A DNA stretch of 64,000 nt from an uncultured Faecalibacterium sp. (GCA_964411915.1 CAYPMB010000007.1:16531-80530); one strand, 5' to 3'; numbered from the stretch's first letter, positions 1-11,467 are shown. Translations and numbers: made by a program. The notes: generated from the sequence alone by a model not told the origin.

Positions 1-118
1 ACGATGTGACAGAGGGTAAAAGTGTAATTTATTTGATTTTTATGTTTTTGACTGTTTTTATTTTAGATATATGTTTAATTCCCGGTTGCTTATCAAGGCT
101 GAAAGGGAAGGATATAAA

Positions 119-901
119 ATGAAAAAAGCAATATTCAATAAACTTAAAATCATATTTCCGTTGTGTGCTTTATTGACATTGAGTAACTGTATTGGATTAG
201 TAGGTGGGTACGATATACCGGAGATGATACGAATAAGATCCTTCTATTGGAACAGTATAAATGAGTTTTATATTTGTATAACGATAAGTATGCAAATTTT
301 TCTTTTGCTTGTACCCATGGTGAATTTCTATAAGAAAGATTTTCCCACAGTTGTAACCTATTGTATAACAAGAAATTCAAACAGAAAAAAGTGGTATTAT
401 CAAAAAGTCAGTGGCTTAGTGACATTGTCGGCTTTAACAACTGTTATATATAGTGGCGTGAGTCTGATAATTCTTTTCTTGACCGGTGCAATTTCGGTTT
501 CCGATTGGTTGCAAATGCTTTATTTGGAGTTTAGTATTGATATTTTAATGTTCCTGTATCTTGCTTTTTCTTCTATACTTTTAAACACAATATCGTTACT
601 TATAAAGCAGAGTTGGGTTTTACCCATAGGCATTGTTTCGACTTTTGTCGTTGCTGTGGATTTATATAATATACAACAAAAAGAAAATTTAAAAGTGATT
701 TTAAATCCTATGGCAAACATGTTCTTCCCATTACATGGGGATTGCTATGATTTAATAAGTGATTATGATGTTTTAAAACTGTCCGATAATTTTACACTTA
801 TATATTCAATAATATACTTTGTAATAATTACCTTGGCAGTCGTAGCAGTGGGACAAAAAATATACACATCAATGGATTTGGGTTTAATAAAAGATGAATG
901 A
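119..901 (+). CDS. multi-pass membrane protein, possible permease partner of the downstream ABC ATPase
   Basis: Within track ORF 71-901. The ATG at 119 follows a GGAAGG RBS and overlaps (ATGA) the stop of a partial upstream ORF. The protein has several hydrophobic segments and is followed directly by an ABC ATPase. Confidence 0.55.
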   Translation: MKKAIFNKLKIIFPLCALLTLSNCIGLVGGYDIPEMIRIRSFYWNSINEFYICITISMQIFLLLVPMVNFYKKDFPTVVTYCITRNSNRKKWYYQKVSGLVTLSALTTVIYSGVSLIILFLTGAISVSDWLQMLYLEFSIDILMFLYLAFSSILLNTISLLIKQSWVLPIGIVSTFVVAVDLYNIQQKENLKVILNPMANMFFPLHGDCYDLISDYDVLKLSDNFTLIYSIIYFVIITLAVVAVGQKIYTSMDLGLIKDE

Positions 902-919
902 TTAGGAGGAGATTTGAAA

Positions 920-1561
920 ATGGCATTTATAGAAATTGAAAATTGCTCCAAAAGAATTAAGGATAAAGTAATTTTAGATAATATAAATCTTAACTTAGAG
1001 GAAAACAAGGTTTACGGTTTTATCGGCAAAAACGGTTCAGGTAAAACCATGCTGTTTAAAGCGATCTTAGGTTTGATGCAACTTAGTGACGGTGAGATAA
1101 AGATCAATTCTCAAAAGATCAAAACAGGCGAGATATATCCTGTAAGTGTAGGTGTAATGATAGAAAACAATAATCTTTGGTCATATTTAGACGCTTTTGA
1201 TAACTTGAAAATTTTAGCTTCAATTCAAAACAAAATCAGTGACGAGGAAATACTGAAGGTTATTGAGAGAGTTGAACTTGACCCTAAAAGTAAGAAAACC
1301 TTTGCAAAATTTTCTTTAGGCATGAAGCAAAGACTTATACTGGCTCAGGCGATAATGGAAAAGCCACAGCTTTTGATTTTGGATGAACCAACAAATGCGC
1401 TTGATAAGGATGGGGTTGAGTTATTTAAGAAAATAATTTCCGAAGAAAAGGCACGAGGTGCAACTATCTTGATTTCAAGCCATTCCATTGAGGACTTCGA
1501 TAAGATATGTGATCAGATGTTTAAAATGGAAGACGGCAGAATTGTATCAACGGAGGCGTAA
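920..1561 (+). CDS. ABC transporter ATP-binding protein
   Basis: Walker A GKNGSGKT, signature FSLGMKQR and Walker B LLILDEP are present. The ATG at 920 has AGGAGG at 904-909; the track start at 914 is TTG. Confidence 0.85.
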   Translation: MAFIEIENCSKRIKDKVILDNINLNLEENKVYGFIGKNGSGKTMLFKAILGLMQLSDGEIKINSQKIKTGEIYPVSVGVMIENNNLWSYLDAFDNLKILASIQNKISDEEILKVIERVELDPKSKKTFAKFSLGMKQRLILAQAIMEKPQLLILDEPTNALDKDGVELFKKIISEEKARGATILISSHSIEDFDKICDQMFKMEDGRIVSTEA

Positions 1562-1563
1562 AA

Positions 1564-2211
1564 ATGAATAAGGCTTTTAAAATAATTGTTGCCGTTTTAT
1601 TGTTAGTATCTGTTGTGTGTGGAGTGTTTACCCGCTTAAGCTATTCCGATGATATTTCAAATCCGGAAATTCAGGCTAAAGCCCGTGTCAGTCAGATATC
1701 TCATTATGATCCGGTTAAATATGAAACTATAATGGAAGAATTGTCCGAAGCCAGCATTATTATTAAAGCAACCGCACTTGATGAATATTCTTTTGAAAAT
1801 AAAGCTACCAAGGGTAAATTAAAAGTAACCGAAGTTTACAAAGGTGATATTTCCGAAGGTGAAGTTATCAATTACTATATGTCGGGATTCTTTAATGAGA
1901 ATGATAACAAAGTGAATTATAGAGCATATAGTTACTTTAATCACATGATACCGGGAAAAGAATATTATGTTTTTGGTTATCATGGTAATTTCGGTGATTT
2001 GTATGAAGAAAAATACGGAAAAACTTACACATACATTTCCATTGAAATGTCATGGTTTTTAACCGAATTTACTTCACCTGAAATTTTAGATGAAAATAAG
2101 GAATATACATACGAAGAAATTAAAGATAATGAGTTTAATTGTTTCAGCATAGAACAGAGGGATCAGTTAAACGAATTAAAAGAAGAAATAATAAATAAAT
2201 TTATCAAATAA
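1564..2211 (+). CDS. hypothetical membrane-anchored or secreted protein
   Basis: It has an N-terminal hydrophobic anchor (IIVAVLLLVSVVCGVF) and is tightly coupled to the ABC ATPase stop. No recognisable family. Confidence 0.55.
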   Translation: MNKAFKIIVAVLLLVSVVCGVFTRLSYSDDISNPEIQAKARVSQISHYDPVKYETIMEELSEASIIIKATALDEYSFENKATKGKLKVTEVYKGDISEGEVINYYMSGFFNENDNKVNYRAYSYFNHMIPGKEYYVFGYHGNFGDLYEEKYGKTYTYISIEMSWFLTEFTSPEILDENKEYTYEEIKDNEFNCFSIEQRDQLNELKEEIINKFIK

Positions 2212-2217
2212 TAATTT

Positions 2218-2249
2218 AAGCCCCCAAAAAGCAAAGCTTTTGGGGGCTT
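2218..2249. terminator. hairpin between convergent genes (bidirectional terminator-like)
   Basis: AAGCCCCCAAAA ... TTTTGGGGGCTT forms a 12-bp stem between the 2211 (+) and 2267 (-) gene ends. Confidence 0.5.
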
Positions 2250-2266
2250 GATAGTTGTGGTTTTGT

Positions 2267-3589
2267 TCACACATCATACTGTGTCAAATCTTCTATTGTT
2301 TCCCGCCTTACCGCAATATAGGAAGTTCCCTTGTTCAGCATTACAATGGGGGGGCGGGGAATTTTATTATAGTTTGATGCCATTGAGTAGTTATAAGCAC
2401 CGGTAGTAAGACAGGCTAAAATGTCACCTCTGCCAATGCTTTCGGGTAAAGAAATATTTTCTTGAATAATATCTCCGCTTTCACAGCAACGACCGACAAC
2501 ACTACATTTCATTTCCGTTTTTTCATTAAGTTTACCGGCAGCAAAAAGGGTGTATGGAGCTTTATACATTGCAAAGCGCACATTGTCTGTCATACCGCCG
2601 TCAACCGAAACATAGTTGATAAATTCGGGAATTTTCTTCACAGTGCCAACTGTGTAAAGGGTCATACCTGCATCGGCAACAATACTTCTTCCCGGTTCAA
2701 GTGAAATTTCCGGCATAGTTATGCCTGTTGACTTCACCTTCGCCTTAATAAATTCACCGACCTGCTCAATGTTCTTTCCTATATCAATGTGTGGGTCTTG
2801 TTCTTTGTATCTGACACCGTATCCACCGCCTAAATCAAGCTGTTTTGCAGTGTATCCGTGTTTGTCTTTCATCTCCTTGATGAAATCAATCATAACATCT
2901 GCTCCACGAAGAAAAACATCGGAGTCAAAAACCTGAGAACCTATGTGACAGTGGAAACCCGTAAGCTCAATATTCTTAAGTGAAAGAGCAGTTTTAACCA
3001 TGTCCTCGGCTTGACCTGTTTCAATGGCTGAACCGAATTTTGAGTCAACCTTGCCTGTGGAAACAGCGGCAAAAGTGTGAGGATCAATTCCCGGAGTGAT
3101 GCGGAGCATAACTTTTTGAATTGTGTTTTGACGGGAGGCCTCTTCGTCAATGGCGAAAAGTTCCTCTTTGTTGTCAACTACAAAGTGACCGATTTTGTTC
3201 TTTATGGCATAAGCAATATCTTGATCTGTCTTATTGTTTGAATGAAAGTATGCCTTTTCAAGGGGAAAACCTGCTTTTAAAGCAGTGCAGATCTCTCCGG
3301 AAGAAACCACATCAATACCCATACCTTCTTCTTTCATTATTTCATAAATGCGCTTGAAAGATGCGGCTTTTGAAGCGTATAAAGCATGACCTTTATCACC
3401 AAAAACCTTTTTTAAGGCAAGTGTATATGTTCGGCAACGCTCTCTTATTCTTTCTTCGTCCATAAGATAAAGAGGTGTGCCGTATTCCTCGGCAAGTTTC
3501 ACAGTATCCTGTCCTGCAAAAAGAAGATGACCGTCTTCACTTGCAGAAACATTACCGCACAAAAAATCCGTATTTGTAGTGTGACTCAT
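2267..3589 (-). CDS. lysA: diaminopimelate decarboxylase
   Basis: 440 aa with the look of a PLP-dependent Orn/DAP decarboxylase fold (YASKA, GGGYG, CESGD motifs). It lies downstream of dapA. Confidence 0.9.
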   Translation of the reverse strand: MSHTTNTDFLCGNVSASEDGHLLFAGQDTVKLAEEYGTPLYLMDEERIRERCRTYTLALKKVFGDKGHALYASKAASFKRIYEIMKEEGMGIDVVSSGEICTALKAGFPLEKAYFHSNNKTDQDIAYAIKNKIGHFVVDNKEELFAIDEEASRQNTIQKVMLRITPGIDPHTFAAVSTGKVDSKFGSAIETGQAEDMVKTALSLKNIELTGFHCHIGSQVFDSDVFLRGADVMIDFIKEMKDKHGYTAKQLDLGGGYGVRYKEQDPHIDIGKNIEQVGEFIKAKVKSTGITMPEISLEPGRSIVADAGMTLYTVGTVKKIPEFINYVSVDGGMTDNVRFAMYKAPYTLFAAGKLNEKTEMKCSVVGRCCESGDIIQENISLPESIGRGDILACLTTGAYNYSMASNYNKIPRPPIVMLNKGTSYIAVRRETIEDLTQYDV

Positions 3590-3621
3590 GTGTTTTTGCT
3601 CCTTAATATATATGCCGTAAA

Positions 3622-4509
3622 TTAAAACTCAATGCCGTTTTGACGCATAAGGGAAACCAATTTTTCTTCGTTTGCGCTTTCCATCTTTGTCAAAGGTAAG
3701 CGTAAACTGTTATCGCAGAATCCCATTGCAGCAAGACCGGCTTTAACGGGAATTGGGTTAACTTCGCAGAATAATGCGTCAACCAATGAGAGAAGTTTAA
3801 GCTGAAGGTGAGTGGCTTCACTTGTCTTGCCGTTGAAATAGTTGTTGCACATTGCAACAGTCTCTTTGGGCATCACGTTTGAAAGAACTGAGATAACACC
3901 CTTACCGCCTAAAGAAAGAATGGGAACGATCTGGTCGTCATTACCTGAATAAATATCAATCTTGTCACCGCAAAGAGCAGCAATCTGAGCGATCTGAGAA
4001 ATGTTGCCGCTTGCTTCTTTTATTGCAACAATGTTTTCATGCTCTGCAAGTTTTGCAACAGTTGCCGGCTGAATATTGCAGCCTGTACGGCTCGGAACAT
4101 TGTAAAGTATGCATGGCTTTGTTGAAGCATCTGCAATAGCTGTAAATGATGCGATCAAACCGTTTTGAGTGGCTTTATTATAATAAGGTGTGACAAGAAG
4201 CATTGCATCTGCACCAACCTCACAAGCATATTTTGTCAGTTCAATAGCGTATGAGGTGTTGTTTGAACCTGTGCCGGCAATAACGGGAATTCTGCCGTTA
4301 ACCTGATCAACGCAGAACTTAATAACTGCCTTATGTTCCTCGTCTGTAAGAGTTGAGCCTTCGCCTGTTGTTCCGGCAGCAACAATAGCATTTACGCCTT
4401 CCTGAATTTGCCATTCGATCAACTTTGCAAAGTTCTCATAATCAACTTCACCGTTCTTAAAGGGAGTAATAATGGCAGTAGCCACGCCCTTGAAAATTGT
4501 GTTTTTCAT
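3622..4509 (-). CDS. dapA: 4-hydroxy-tetrahydrodipicolinate synthase
   Basis: 295 aa with typical DapA N-terminus (GVATAIITPF, GTTGEGSTLT) and the active-site region AIKEASG. Confidence 0.9.
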   Translation of the reverse strand: MKNTIFKGVATAIITPFKNGEVDYENFAKLIEWQIQEGVNAIVAAGTTGEGSTLTDEEHKAVIKFCVDQVNGRIPVIAGTGSNNTSYAIELTKYACEVGADAMLLVTPYYNKATQNGLIASFTAIADASTKPCILYNVPSRTGCNIQPATVAKLAEHENIVAIKEASGNISQIAQIAALCGDKIDIYSGNDDQIVPILSLGGKGVISVLSNVMPKETVAMCNNYFNGKTSEATHLQLKLLSLVDALFCEVNPIPVKAGLAAMGFCDNSLRLPLTKMESANEEKLVSLMRQNGIEF

Positions 4510-4544
4510 GTTTGTTGTCTCCTTGAGTTTTTTGAAATAAAATA

Positions 4545-4783
4545 AAAAACGACAGTCACCGGAAGGGGACTATCATCCAAAATTACAGCATCACGCACTT
4601 ACTGATACATAAAAAATTTTGTCAGATAGCTCTCCGCATTTCTGCGACAGCAACCGAAATCTTAGTTTAACGGCAGCCGGACTAAGATTTTGCCATATCT
4701 TATCCTCGGCAACCCATCCCTTTCACTCTTACGCTTTGGCAAGCTGTTTGCAAGAGTTACTGATGATGTGATGCACCTCTATC
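4545..4783 (-). promoter_or_regulatory. lysine riboswitch (L-box) with terminator, leader of dapA-lysA
   Basis: The minus strand reads GATAGAGGTGC...AGTGAAAGGGATGGGTTGCCGAGG...CTGTCGCAGAAATGCGGAGAGCTATC, with P1 GATAG/CTATC. A hairpin plus T-run follows at 4545-4574. The promoter is TTGACA (4818-4823) and TGTTACAAT (4795-4803) on the minus strand. Confidence 0.8.
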
Positions 4784-4856
4784 AGTTTTCTATGATTGTA
4801 ACACAGGTTTAAGTGGCTGTCAAGAGTTTTACAAAATTTGTCATAATGTGAAATAA

Positions 4857-4869
4857 AAACAAATGTTCG
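4857..4869. promoter_or_regulatory. LexA (Cheo) box upstream of uvrB
   Basis: The opposite strand reads CGAACATTTGTTT, one mismatch from GAAC-N4-GTTC. It lies just upstream of a TTTACT/TATAAT promoter at 4878-4906. Confidence 0.55.
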
Positions 4870-4935
4870 CCAAAGTATTTACTTTTAAAAAAAATTCGTG
4901 TATAATCAATTGTCAAGATTAAAAACAAGGGAGGA

Positions 4936-6897
4936 ATGTTTGTGGATAAATTTAAGCTGGTGTCACCCTTTAAGCCTACCGGAGATCAGCCTCAGGCAAT
5001 TGAGAATTTAGTTAACGGAATAAAATCGGGCTGTGAAGAACAGATCCTTTTGGGAGTTACCGGTTCGGGTAAGACTTTCACCATGGCGAATGTTATAGCA
5101 AAGTTGAACCGTCCCACCCTTGTGCTGGCTCACAATAAAACCCTTGCCGCACAGTTGTGCAGTGAGTTTAAGGAGTTTTTTCCGGAAAACGCTGTTGAAT
5201 ACTTCGTCAGTTATTATGATTATTATCAGCCGGAAGCCTATATCCCAAATACGGATACTTATATTGAAAAAGACTCTGCCATAAATGATGAGATTGATAA
5301 ACTTCGTCACTCTGCAACCTCTGCACTTTCGGAGAGACGAGATGTTATAATCGTGGCAAGCGTCTCTTGCATATATTCCTTAGGCGATCCCATTGACTAC
5401 CGAAGCATGGTTATATCCTTAAGGCAGGGAATGGAGAAATCCCGTGAGGAACTTATTGAAAAACTTGTGGAAATCCAATATGAGAGAAACGATGTCAACT
5501 TTACCCGTAACAAGTTCAGAGTCAGAGGCGATACAGTGGAAATATTCCCCGTGTATTCAAATGATAATGCAATAAGAGTTGAGTTCTTCGGTGATGAAAT
5601 TGATCGCATCTGTGAAATAAATGCCTTAACGGGAGAAGTGAAAGGAACAATCTCTCATGTGGCAATTTATCCTGCATCTCATTATGTTGTTTCTCCGGAC
5701 AAACTTGAAAGATCCATTGAACTTATAAAAGAGGAGATGGATGAACGGTATAAGGAATTTGTTTCTCAAGGCAAACTTCTTGAGGCGGAGAGAATTAAGC
5801 AAAGAACCGAATATGACATGGAAATGCTCAGAGAAACAGGCTTTTGCAAAGGCATTGAAAACTATTCACGAATTATGTCGGGAAGAAAACCGGGAGAAGC
5901 ACCCTTTACTCTTATTGACTATTTTCCCGATGATTTTATATTGTTTGTCGATGAGTCCCATGTAACTCTTTCTCAGGTCAGAGCAATGTATGCAGGGGAC
6001 AGAGCGAGAAAAGAAAATCTTATCCAATACGGTTTCAGATTGCCCTCAGCTTATGACAACAGACCCTTGCAGTTTGATGAGTTTTATTCAAAGGTTCATC
6101 AAAAAATATTCGTCAGCGCCACACCCGGACCTTTTGAAAAGGAAAAAAGTGCCAATGTGGTGGAACAGGTCATCAGACCGACAGGACTTCTTGACCCTGA
6201 AATTATAGTTAGACCCACTCAGGGGCAGATTGATGATCTTGTCTCCGAAATAAATGAGAGAAGCGAAGCGGGAGAAAGAGTCCTTGTCACAACACTGACC
6301 AAGAAAATGGCTGAAGATCTTACGGCATACATGGAAAATCTTAATATAAAAGTCAGATATATGCACTATGATATTGACACCATGGAAAGAATGGAGATAA
6401 TTCGTGATTTACGACTTGGAAAATTTGATGTTCTTGTGGGAATAAATCTTCTGAGAGAAGGACTTGATATTCCGGAAGTATCTCTTGTTGCAATTTTAGA
6501 TGCAGACAAGGAAGGTTTTTTGCGTTCGGAAACCTCACTTGTTCAGACCATAGGCAGAGCTGCCCGAAATGCAGAGGGCAAGGTTATTATGTATGCAGAC
6601 GAAGTTACACCGTCTATGGAAAGGGCGATTAACGAAACTTACCGCCGTAGGCAAATACAGACGGAATATAACGAAAAACACGGCATAGTTCCTAAGACAA
6701 TAAAGAAAGATGTTCGTGATATAATAGAAATATCAACCCATGATGAAACAGAGGAAAAAGACGAGAAGTATCTTACAAAGAAAGAGAAAGAAGAACTTAT
6801 TGTCAAGCTGTCCAAGGAGATGCGTGCTGCCGCCAAACTTCTTGAATTTGAGTATGCAGCATACTTGAGAGACAGAATAGAAAAATTGAAAAGGTGA
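4936..6897 (+). CDS. uvrB: excinuclease ABC subunit B
   Basis: 653 aa with helicase motifs ([12 protein letters not shown]) and a C-terminal UVR domain. The true start may be GTG 4942, 7 nt after GGGAGG. Confidence 0.95.
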   Translation: MFVDKFKLVSPFKPTGDQPQAIENLVNGIKSGCEEQILLGVTGSGKTFTMANVIAKLNRPTLVLAHNKTLAAQLCSEFKEFFPENAVEYFVSYYDYYQPEAYIPNTDTYIEKDSAINDEIDKLRHSATSALSERRDVIIVASVSCIYSLGDPIDYRSMVISLRQGMEKSREELIEKLVEIQYERNDVNFTRNKFRVRGDTVEIFPVYSNDNAIRVEFFGDEIDRICEINALTGEVKGTISHVAIYPASHYVVSPDKLERSIELIKEEMDERYKEFVSQGKLLEAERIKQRTEYDMEMLRETGFCKGIENYSRIMSGRKPGEAPFTLIDYFPDDFILFVDESHVTLSQVRAMYAGDRARKENLIQYGFRLPSAYDNRPLQFDEFYSKVHQKIFVSATPGPFEKEKSANVVEQVIRPTGLLDPEIIVRPTQGQIDDLVSEINERSEAGERVLVTTLTKKMAEDLTAYMENLNIKVRYMHYDIDTMERMEIIRDLRLGKFDVLVGINLLREGLDIPEVSLVAILDADKEGFLRSETSLVQTIGRAARNAEGKVIMYADEVTPSMERAINETYRRRQIQTEYNEKHGIVPKTIKKDVRDIIEISTHDETEEKDEKYLTKKEKEELIVKLSKEMRAAAKLLEFEYAAYLRDRIEKLKR

Positions 6898-6904
6898 GAA
6901 AAAT

Positions 6905-9733
6905 ATGTCACACAATGAAATCATAATAAGAGGGGCAAGGGAGAACAACTTGAAAAATGTTGATCTTACAGTGCCGAGAGATAAGTTTGTGGTTTTCACA
7001 GGACTTTCGGGCTCAGGCAAATCGTCTCTTGCTTTCGATACCATATATGCTGAAGGTCAGCGCCGTTATGTGGAGTCATTATCATCTTATGCCCGTCAGT
7101 TTTTGGGTCAGATGGAGAAACCCGACCTTGACAGCATCGAAGGCATTTCTCCCGCTATATCCATTGATCAGAAAACCACCTCTAAAAATCCCCGTTCAAC
7201 CGTAGGAACAATAACGGAGATATATGACTATTTCAGACTTTTGTTTGCAAGAGTCGGTATTCCTCACTGTCCTGTTTGCGGAAGAGAGATCAAGCGTCAG
7301 ACTGTTGATGATATTGTTAATCAAGTGATGAAACTTGAAGCAGGAACTAAAATACAGGTTTTATCTCCCATTGTCAGAGGCAGAAAAGGGGAATATGCCA
7401 AAGAGATTGCAGATGTTAAAAAGTCGGGATTTGTCAGAATCAGAGTTGACGGCAGTATATATGATTTAAGTGAAACCATTAAACTTAATAAGAACAAGAA
7501 GCACAATATTGAAGTTATAGTTGACAGACTTGTGATGAAAGATGAAATTCGTTCACGAGTTGCGGATTCCGTGGAAACTGCTCTTAAACTTGCAGAGGGC
7601 TTGGTTATCATCGATGTTATCGGAGGAGAGGAACAGCTTTATTCTCAGAACTATTCCTGCCCTGATCACGGTGTAAGTATCGGGGAGATTTCACCGAGAC
7701 TCTTTTCTTTCAACAATCCTTTCGGTGCTTGCCCTCAATGTTCCGGTTTAGGTGTATATATGGAGTTTAGCCCACAGCTTATTATACCGGACTGGCGTCT
7801 TTCCATAAACCAAGGGGCGATTAAGGCTTACGGTTGGCAAAAAGCCGATGGCGGAAGCATAGCCAATATGTATTATCAAGGCTTAGCGGATAAATACGGC
7901 TTTACCCTTGACACACCGATGATGGAAATGTCAGACGAAGCCATTGATGCTATTCTTTACGGCACTAAAGGTGAAAAGATGAAGATGAAGAGATTGACTT
8001 CTTTTGGGGGAGGCGTTTACGAAACCTCCTTTGAAGGAATTATAAATAATCTTAACAGACGGTATAAAGAAACCACAAGCGAAGTGTCAAAAACCGAACT
8101 TGAGTCTTTAATGACCGTCAATGATTGCCCTGAGTGTCACGGAGCGAGACTTAACAAAGAGGCTTTACACATAACGGTAGGAAACAAGAATATTGATGAA
8201 ATATGCCGAATGTCTATTCAAGAAGAATATGAGTTTGTTTCATCTCTTGAAGAATGTTTCAGTCCAACTGAAATGATGATAGCAAAGCCTATTCTTAAAG
8301 AGATCAAGGAGAGACTCAATTTCCTTATAAGTGTGGGATTGAATTATTTATCTCTTTCCCGTTCTTCCGGTACTCTTTCCGGAGGGGAAAGCCAGAGAAT
8401 TCGTCTTGCCACTCAGATAGGTTCATCTCTCATGGGAGTTTTATATATTTTAGACGAACCGAGCATAGGTTTGCACCAAAAAGATAACGCAAAGCTCATT
8501 GAAACCCTCAAGCATCTTCGAGATATCGGAAACACGCTGATAGTGGTGGAACACGATGAAGAAACCATGTATGCGGCAGACTATATCGTTGATATCGGCC
8601 CGGGAGCCGGCATACACGGAGGCGAGGTTGTTTGCGCCGGAAGTGTGGAGGATATCAAAAAATGTGAAAACTCCGTTACGGGACAATATTTAAGCGGAAG
8701 AAAAAAGATACCCGTACCTGAAATCAGAAGAGAGGGCAACGGAAAATTCCTTGAAATCCAAGGAGCAAAGCAGAATAATCTTAAGAATATAGATGTCAAA
8801 ATTCCTTTAGGTAAACTTGTTTGTGTAACCGGTGTTTCCGGTTCTGGCAAGTCATCACTTGTCAATGAAATTCTCTTTAAAGAACTTTCAAACAAGCTGA
8901 ACCGTTCAAGAAAGGTATCGGGTAACTTTGAGAAAATGGTGGGCATTGAAAACCTTGATAAAGTCATAAGCATTGACCAGTCACCCATTGGAAGAACGCC
9001 CCGTTCCAACCCTGCCACATACACGGGAGTATTTGATGATATCAGAAATCTTTTCGCCTCGACTCAAGATGCGAAGATGAAAGGATATACAGCCGGCCGT
9101 TTCTCTTTCAATGTTAAAGGCGGTCGTTGTGAAGCCTGTCAAGGAGACGGCATATTAAAGATAAAGATGCATTTTCTTGCAGATATTTTTGTTCCCTGTG
9201 AAGTTTGCGGAGGAACAAGATATAACAGTGAAACCCTCAGCGTGAAATATAAAGGGAAGTCTATTGCCGATATATTGGATATGAGCATTGAAGAAGGCAT
9301 GAACTTTTTCAGTGCAATACCGAAGATTTCAAACAAGCTGAAAACACTTTGTGAAGTTGGCTTAGGATATGTTAAAATCGGTCAGCCGGCAACCACTCTT
9401 TCAGGCGGTGAGGCACAGCGAGTTAAATTGTCAACAGAACTTTCCAAAAGGGCAACGGGAAAGACCATATATGTCCTTGACGAACCCACAACCGGACTTC
9501 ACACAGCAGATGTTCACAGGCTTATAAATGTTTTGCAAAGACTTGTTGATGCAGGCAACAGCATAGTTGTAATTGAGCATAATCTTGATGTTATCAAGAC
9601 AGCGGATTATGTTATTGACTTAGGGCCTGACGGAGGAGACAAGGGTGGATATATTGTGGCTCAGGGAACACCGGAAGAGGTTGCACAATCTGAAAAATCA
9701 TATACAGGTCAATATCTTAAGCAAATGCTTTAA
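6905..9733 (+). CDS. uvrA: excinuclease ABC subunit A
   Basis: 942 aa with two ABC ATPase modules ([20 protein letters not shown]) and zinc-finger CxxC pairs. Confidence 0.95.
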   Translation: MSHNEIIIRGARENNLKNVDLTVPRDKFVVFTGLSGSGKSSLAFDTIYAEGQRRYVESLSSYARQFLGQMEKPDLDSIEGISPAISIDQKTTSKNPRSTVGTITEIYDYFRLLFARVGIPHCPVCGREIKRQTVDDIVNQVMKLEAGTKIQVLSPIVRGRKGEYAKEIADVKKSGFVRIRVDGSIYDLSETIKLNKNKKHNIEVIVDRLVMKDEIRSRVADSVETALKLAEGLVIIDVIGGEEQLYSQNYSCPDHGVSIGEISPRLFSFNNPFGACPQCSGLGVYMEFSPQLIIPDWRLSINQGAIKAYGWQKADGGSIANMYYQGLADKYGFTLDTPMMEMSDEAIDAILYGTKGEKMKMKRLTSFGGGVYETSFEGIINNLNRRYKETTSEVSKTELESLMTVNDCPECHGARLNKEALHITVGNKNIDEICRMSIQEEYEFVSSLEECFSPTEMMIAKPILKEIKERLNFLISVGLNYLSLSRSSGTLSGGESQRIRLATQIGSSLMGVLYILDEPSIGLHQKDNAKLIETLKHLRDIGNTLIVVEHDEETMYAADYIVDIGPGAGIHGGEVVCAGSVEDIKKCENSVTGQYLSGRKKIPVPEIRREGNGKFLEIQGAKQNNLKNIDVKIPLGKLVCVTGVSGSGKSSLVNEILFKELSNKLNRSRKVSGNFEKMVGIENLDKVISIDQSPIGRTPRSNPATYTGVFDDIRNLFASTQDAKMKGYTAGRFSFNVKGGRCEACQGDGILKIKMHFLADIFVPCEVCGGTRYNSETLSVKYKGKSIADILDMSIEEGMNFFSAIPKISNKLKTLCEVGLGYVKIGQPATTLSGGEAQRVKLSTELSKRATGKTIYVLDEPTTGLHTADVHRLINVLQRLVDAGNSIVVIEHNLDVIKTADYVIDLGPDGGDKGGYIVAQGTPEEVAQSEKSYTGQYLKQML

Positions 9734-9741
9734 CAGTGAGA

Positions 9742-9773
9742 GAATCGCAGCGATACAGTTGCGGTTCTTTTTC
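9742..9773 (+). terminator. intrinsic terminator of uvrBA
   Basis: GAATCGCA ... TGCGGTTC forms an 8-bp stem followed by TTTTT. Confidence 0.6.
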
Positions 9774-9792
9774 TTGAAGGCGAGTTTTGCGT

Positions 9793-9893
9793 GGAGCCCC
9801 CCGGGGCGAAGCCCCAATGCCGAAGGCATTGGGGGCCACGGCGCAGCCGTGGCGTTTGTGCCTGCGGCACAAACCTTCGCCCCGGGGGGCTCC
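9793..9893. repeat. GC-rich four-way-junction palindrome
   Basis: A perfect 19-bp outer inverted repeat encloses three abutting perfect triloop hairpins (see finding). Confidence 0.85.
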
Positions 9894-10024
9894 CTCCTGC
9901 ACCAAAACCGATTTTATTACACAAATGTTTATAATTTTTAATTTGGTTTTGTTTTTTGCTATTGATATTTTCGATTTTTGTATGTATAATATCGTGGAAA
10001 GAAATGAAAGGGGAGTTTTATAGT

Positions 10025-11287
10025 ATGAAAGCTTCGGAAAGTATCGAAAGATACCCTCAAAAAGTGCGTGAGTATGCAAACTATGTATACAAAAGCATTA
10101 AAATTTTATGTAAGAAAACAGGTCCTCGTCCTGCCGGCGGTGAGAACGAAAAAGCTGCTCAGGAGTTGATGCTCAATGACTTAAAGAATTATTGCGACAC
10201 AGCAGTAAGAGAAGAATTTAAGTGCAGTGACAAAGCGTTTATGGCATGGGTTCCCATCAGTGCAATCCTTCTTGTTGTGGCTATCGCAACACTTACAATG
10301 GGACTTGCAGCAGTTTCAGTTGGCATTTGCGCTGTTGTGCTTTGCCTTATTCTCGGAGAGTTTATTTTTTATAAGCCTATTCTTGATGTTTTCTTCCCGA
10401 AAAAGACCTCAGGTAATGTTATCGGCGTCAGAAAAGCAAAGGGTGAAACAAAGAAGAGAATTATTCTCTCAGGTCATACCGACTCAGCATTTGAATGGAC
10501 ATTTACATATCACGGTGGAAGACCGGCGGTTCTTGGTGTTATCGTAACAGCTGTTGTTGATGTTCTTCTTGTTATCGTCACAAGCATTATTATCATGGTT
10601 AAGTATGGCGGAGCATCAGGTGAAATGCTCTGGTCAGCAGAAATGCCGATAGGCTTTAAGATCGTTGCTGTAATTTCATATATTACAGTTCCGATTCTTA
10701 TCATTGCAACAATGTTTTCTAACTATAAGAGACCTGTTATGGGCGCAAACGATGACCTTACAGGCGTTTATATTTCAATGGCAGTTGCAAAGTTCCTTTC
10801 AGACAATGATATCCGTTTTGAAAACACAGAAGTTGTTGTTATGTGTGCAGGCGGTGAAGAATGTGGCTTAAGAGGTTCAAAGGCTTACGCAAAGGCTCAC
10901 GGTGAGGAACTTAAGGAAGACGGTGTTGAGACAGTTTTCGTTACATTTGACACTATCAGAGAACTTGAGTTTATCAAGATTTACGAAAAAGATATGACAG
11001 GCGTTGTTAAGAACGACAGAAAGACAGCTGAACTTGTTCAGAACGCTGCCAAGAGAATGGATCTTGAAGTACCTATCGGTGCAATCGAGTTAGGTTCAAC
11101 AGATGCAGCAGCTCTTTCACAGGCAGGCATCAGAGCAACAGCAGTAACAGCAATGGATCCGACACCTGCCCGTTATTATCACACAAGACTTGACACAGAA
11201 GACAACCTTAGTCTTGCAGCCATTGAAACAGGCGTAAAACTTGCTCTTGAAACAACATTCCTTTTTGACGAAAAAGGAGTCGAATAA
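10025..11287 (+). CDS. M28-family metallopeptidase with internal membrane-spanning block
   Basis: SGHTDS and GGEECGLRGS motifs are present, with several hydrophobic helices in the middle. The ATG at 10025 follows GAAAGGGGAG; the track start at 9956 lies in the promoter region. Confidence 0.7.
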   Translation: MKASESIERYPQKVREYANYVYKSIKILCKKTGPRPAGGENEKAAQELMLNDLKNYCDTAVREEFKCSDKAFMAWVPISAILLVVAIATLTMGLAAVSVGICAVVLCLILGEFIFYKPILDVFFPKKTSGNVIGVRKAKGETKKRIILSGHTDSAFEWTFTYHGGRPAVLGVIVTAVVDVLLVIVTSIIIMVKYGGASGEMLWSAEMPIGFKIVAVISYITVPILIIATMFSNYKRPVMGANDDLTGVYISMAVAKFLSDNDIRFENTEVVVMCAGGEECGLRGSKAYAKAHGEELKEDGVETVFVTFDTIRELEFIKIYEKDMTGVVKNDRKTAELVQNAAKRMDLEVPIGAIELGSTDAAALSQAGIRATAVTAMDPTPARYYHTRLDTEDNLSLAAIETGVKLALETTFLFDEKGVE

Positions 11288-11301
11288 GAGGGTTGGCTGT
11301 C

Positions 11302-11342
11302 GTCAGCCTCCGGCTGACCCGCCCCACTATACCGCGGGGCGG
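11302..11342. repeat. GC-rich hairpin mosaic (modules Y + X, inverted orientation)
   Basis: GTCAGCC-TCC-GGCTGAC is followed by GCCCC-ACTATACCGC-GGGGC. Confidence 0.75.
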
Positions 11343-11353
11343 CCTTCCCCAAA

Positions 11354-11398
11354 ATATCCTGATTGAAAAAACAACTTTCAGTCAGGATATTTTTCTTT
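11354..11398 (+). terminator. intrinsic terminator
   Basis: ATATCCTGA...TCAGGATAT stem followed by a T-run. Confidence 0.7.
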
Positions 11399-11467
11399 AT
11401 TTTGTTGTATATTTTGAAAAAGTGTGTTAAAATATAGTTGAAATTTTGAGGTAACGAGGTGTAGATT

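Noticed and set aside
9645-10079. Four overlapping ORFs (98, 120, 64 and 78 aa, both strands) across the uvrA-downstream region.
   Set aside because: They are open only because they run through the GC-rich perfect palindrome. They are Pro/Gly/Arg/Ala-rich, mirror each other on both strands and have no RBS. The DNA/RNA structure explains the region.
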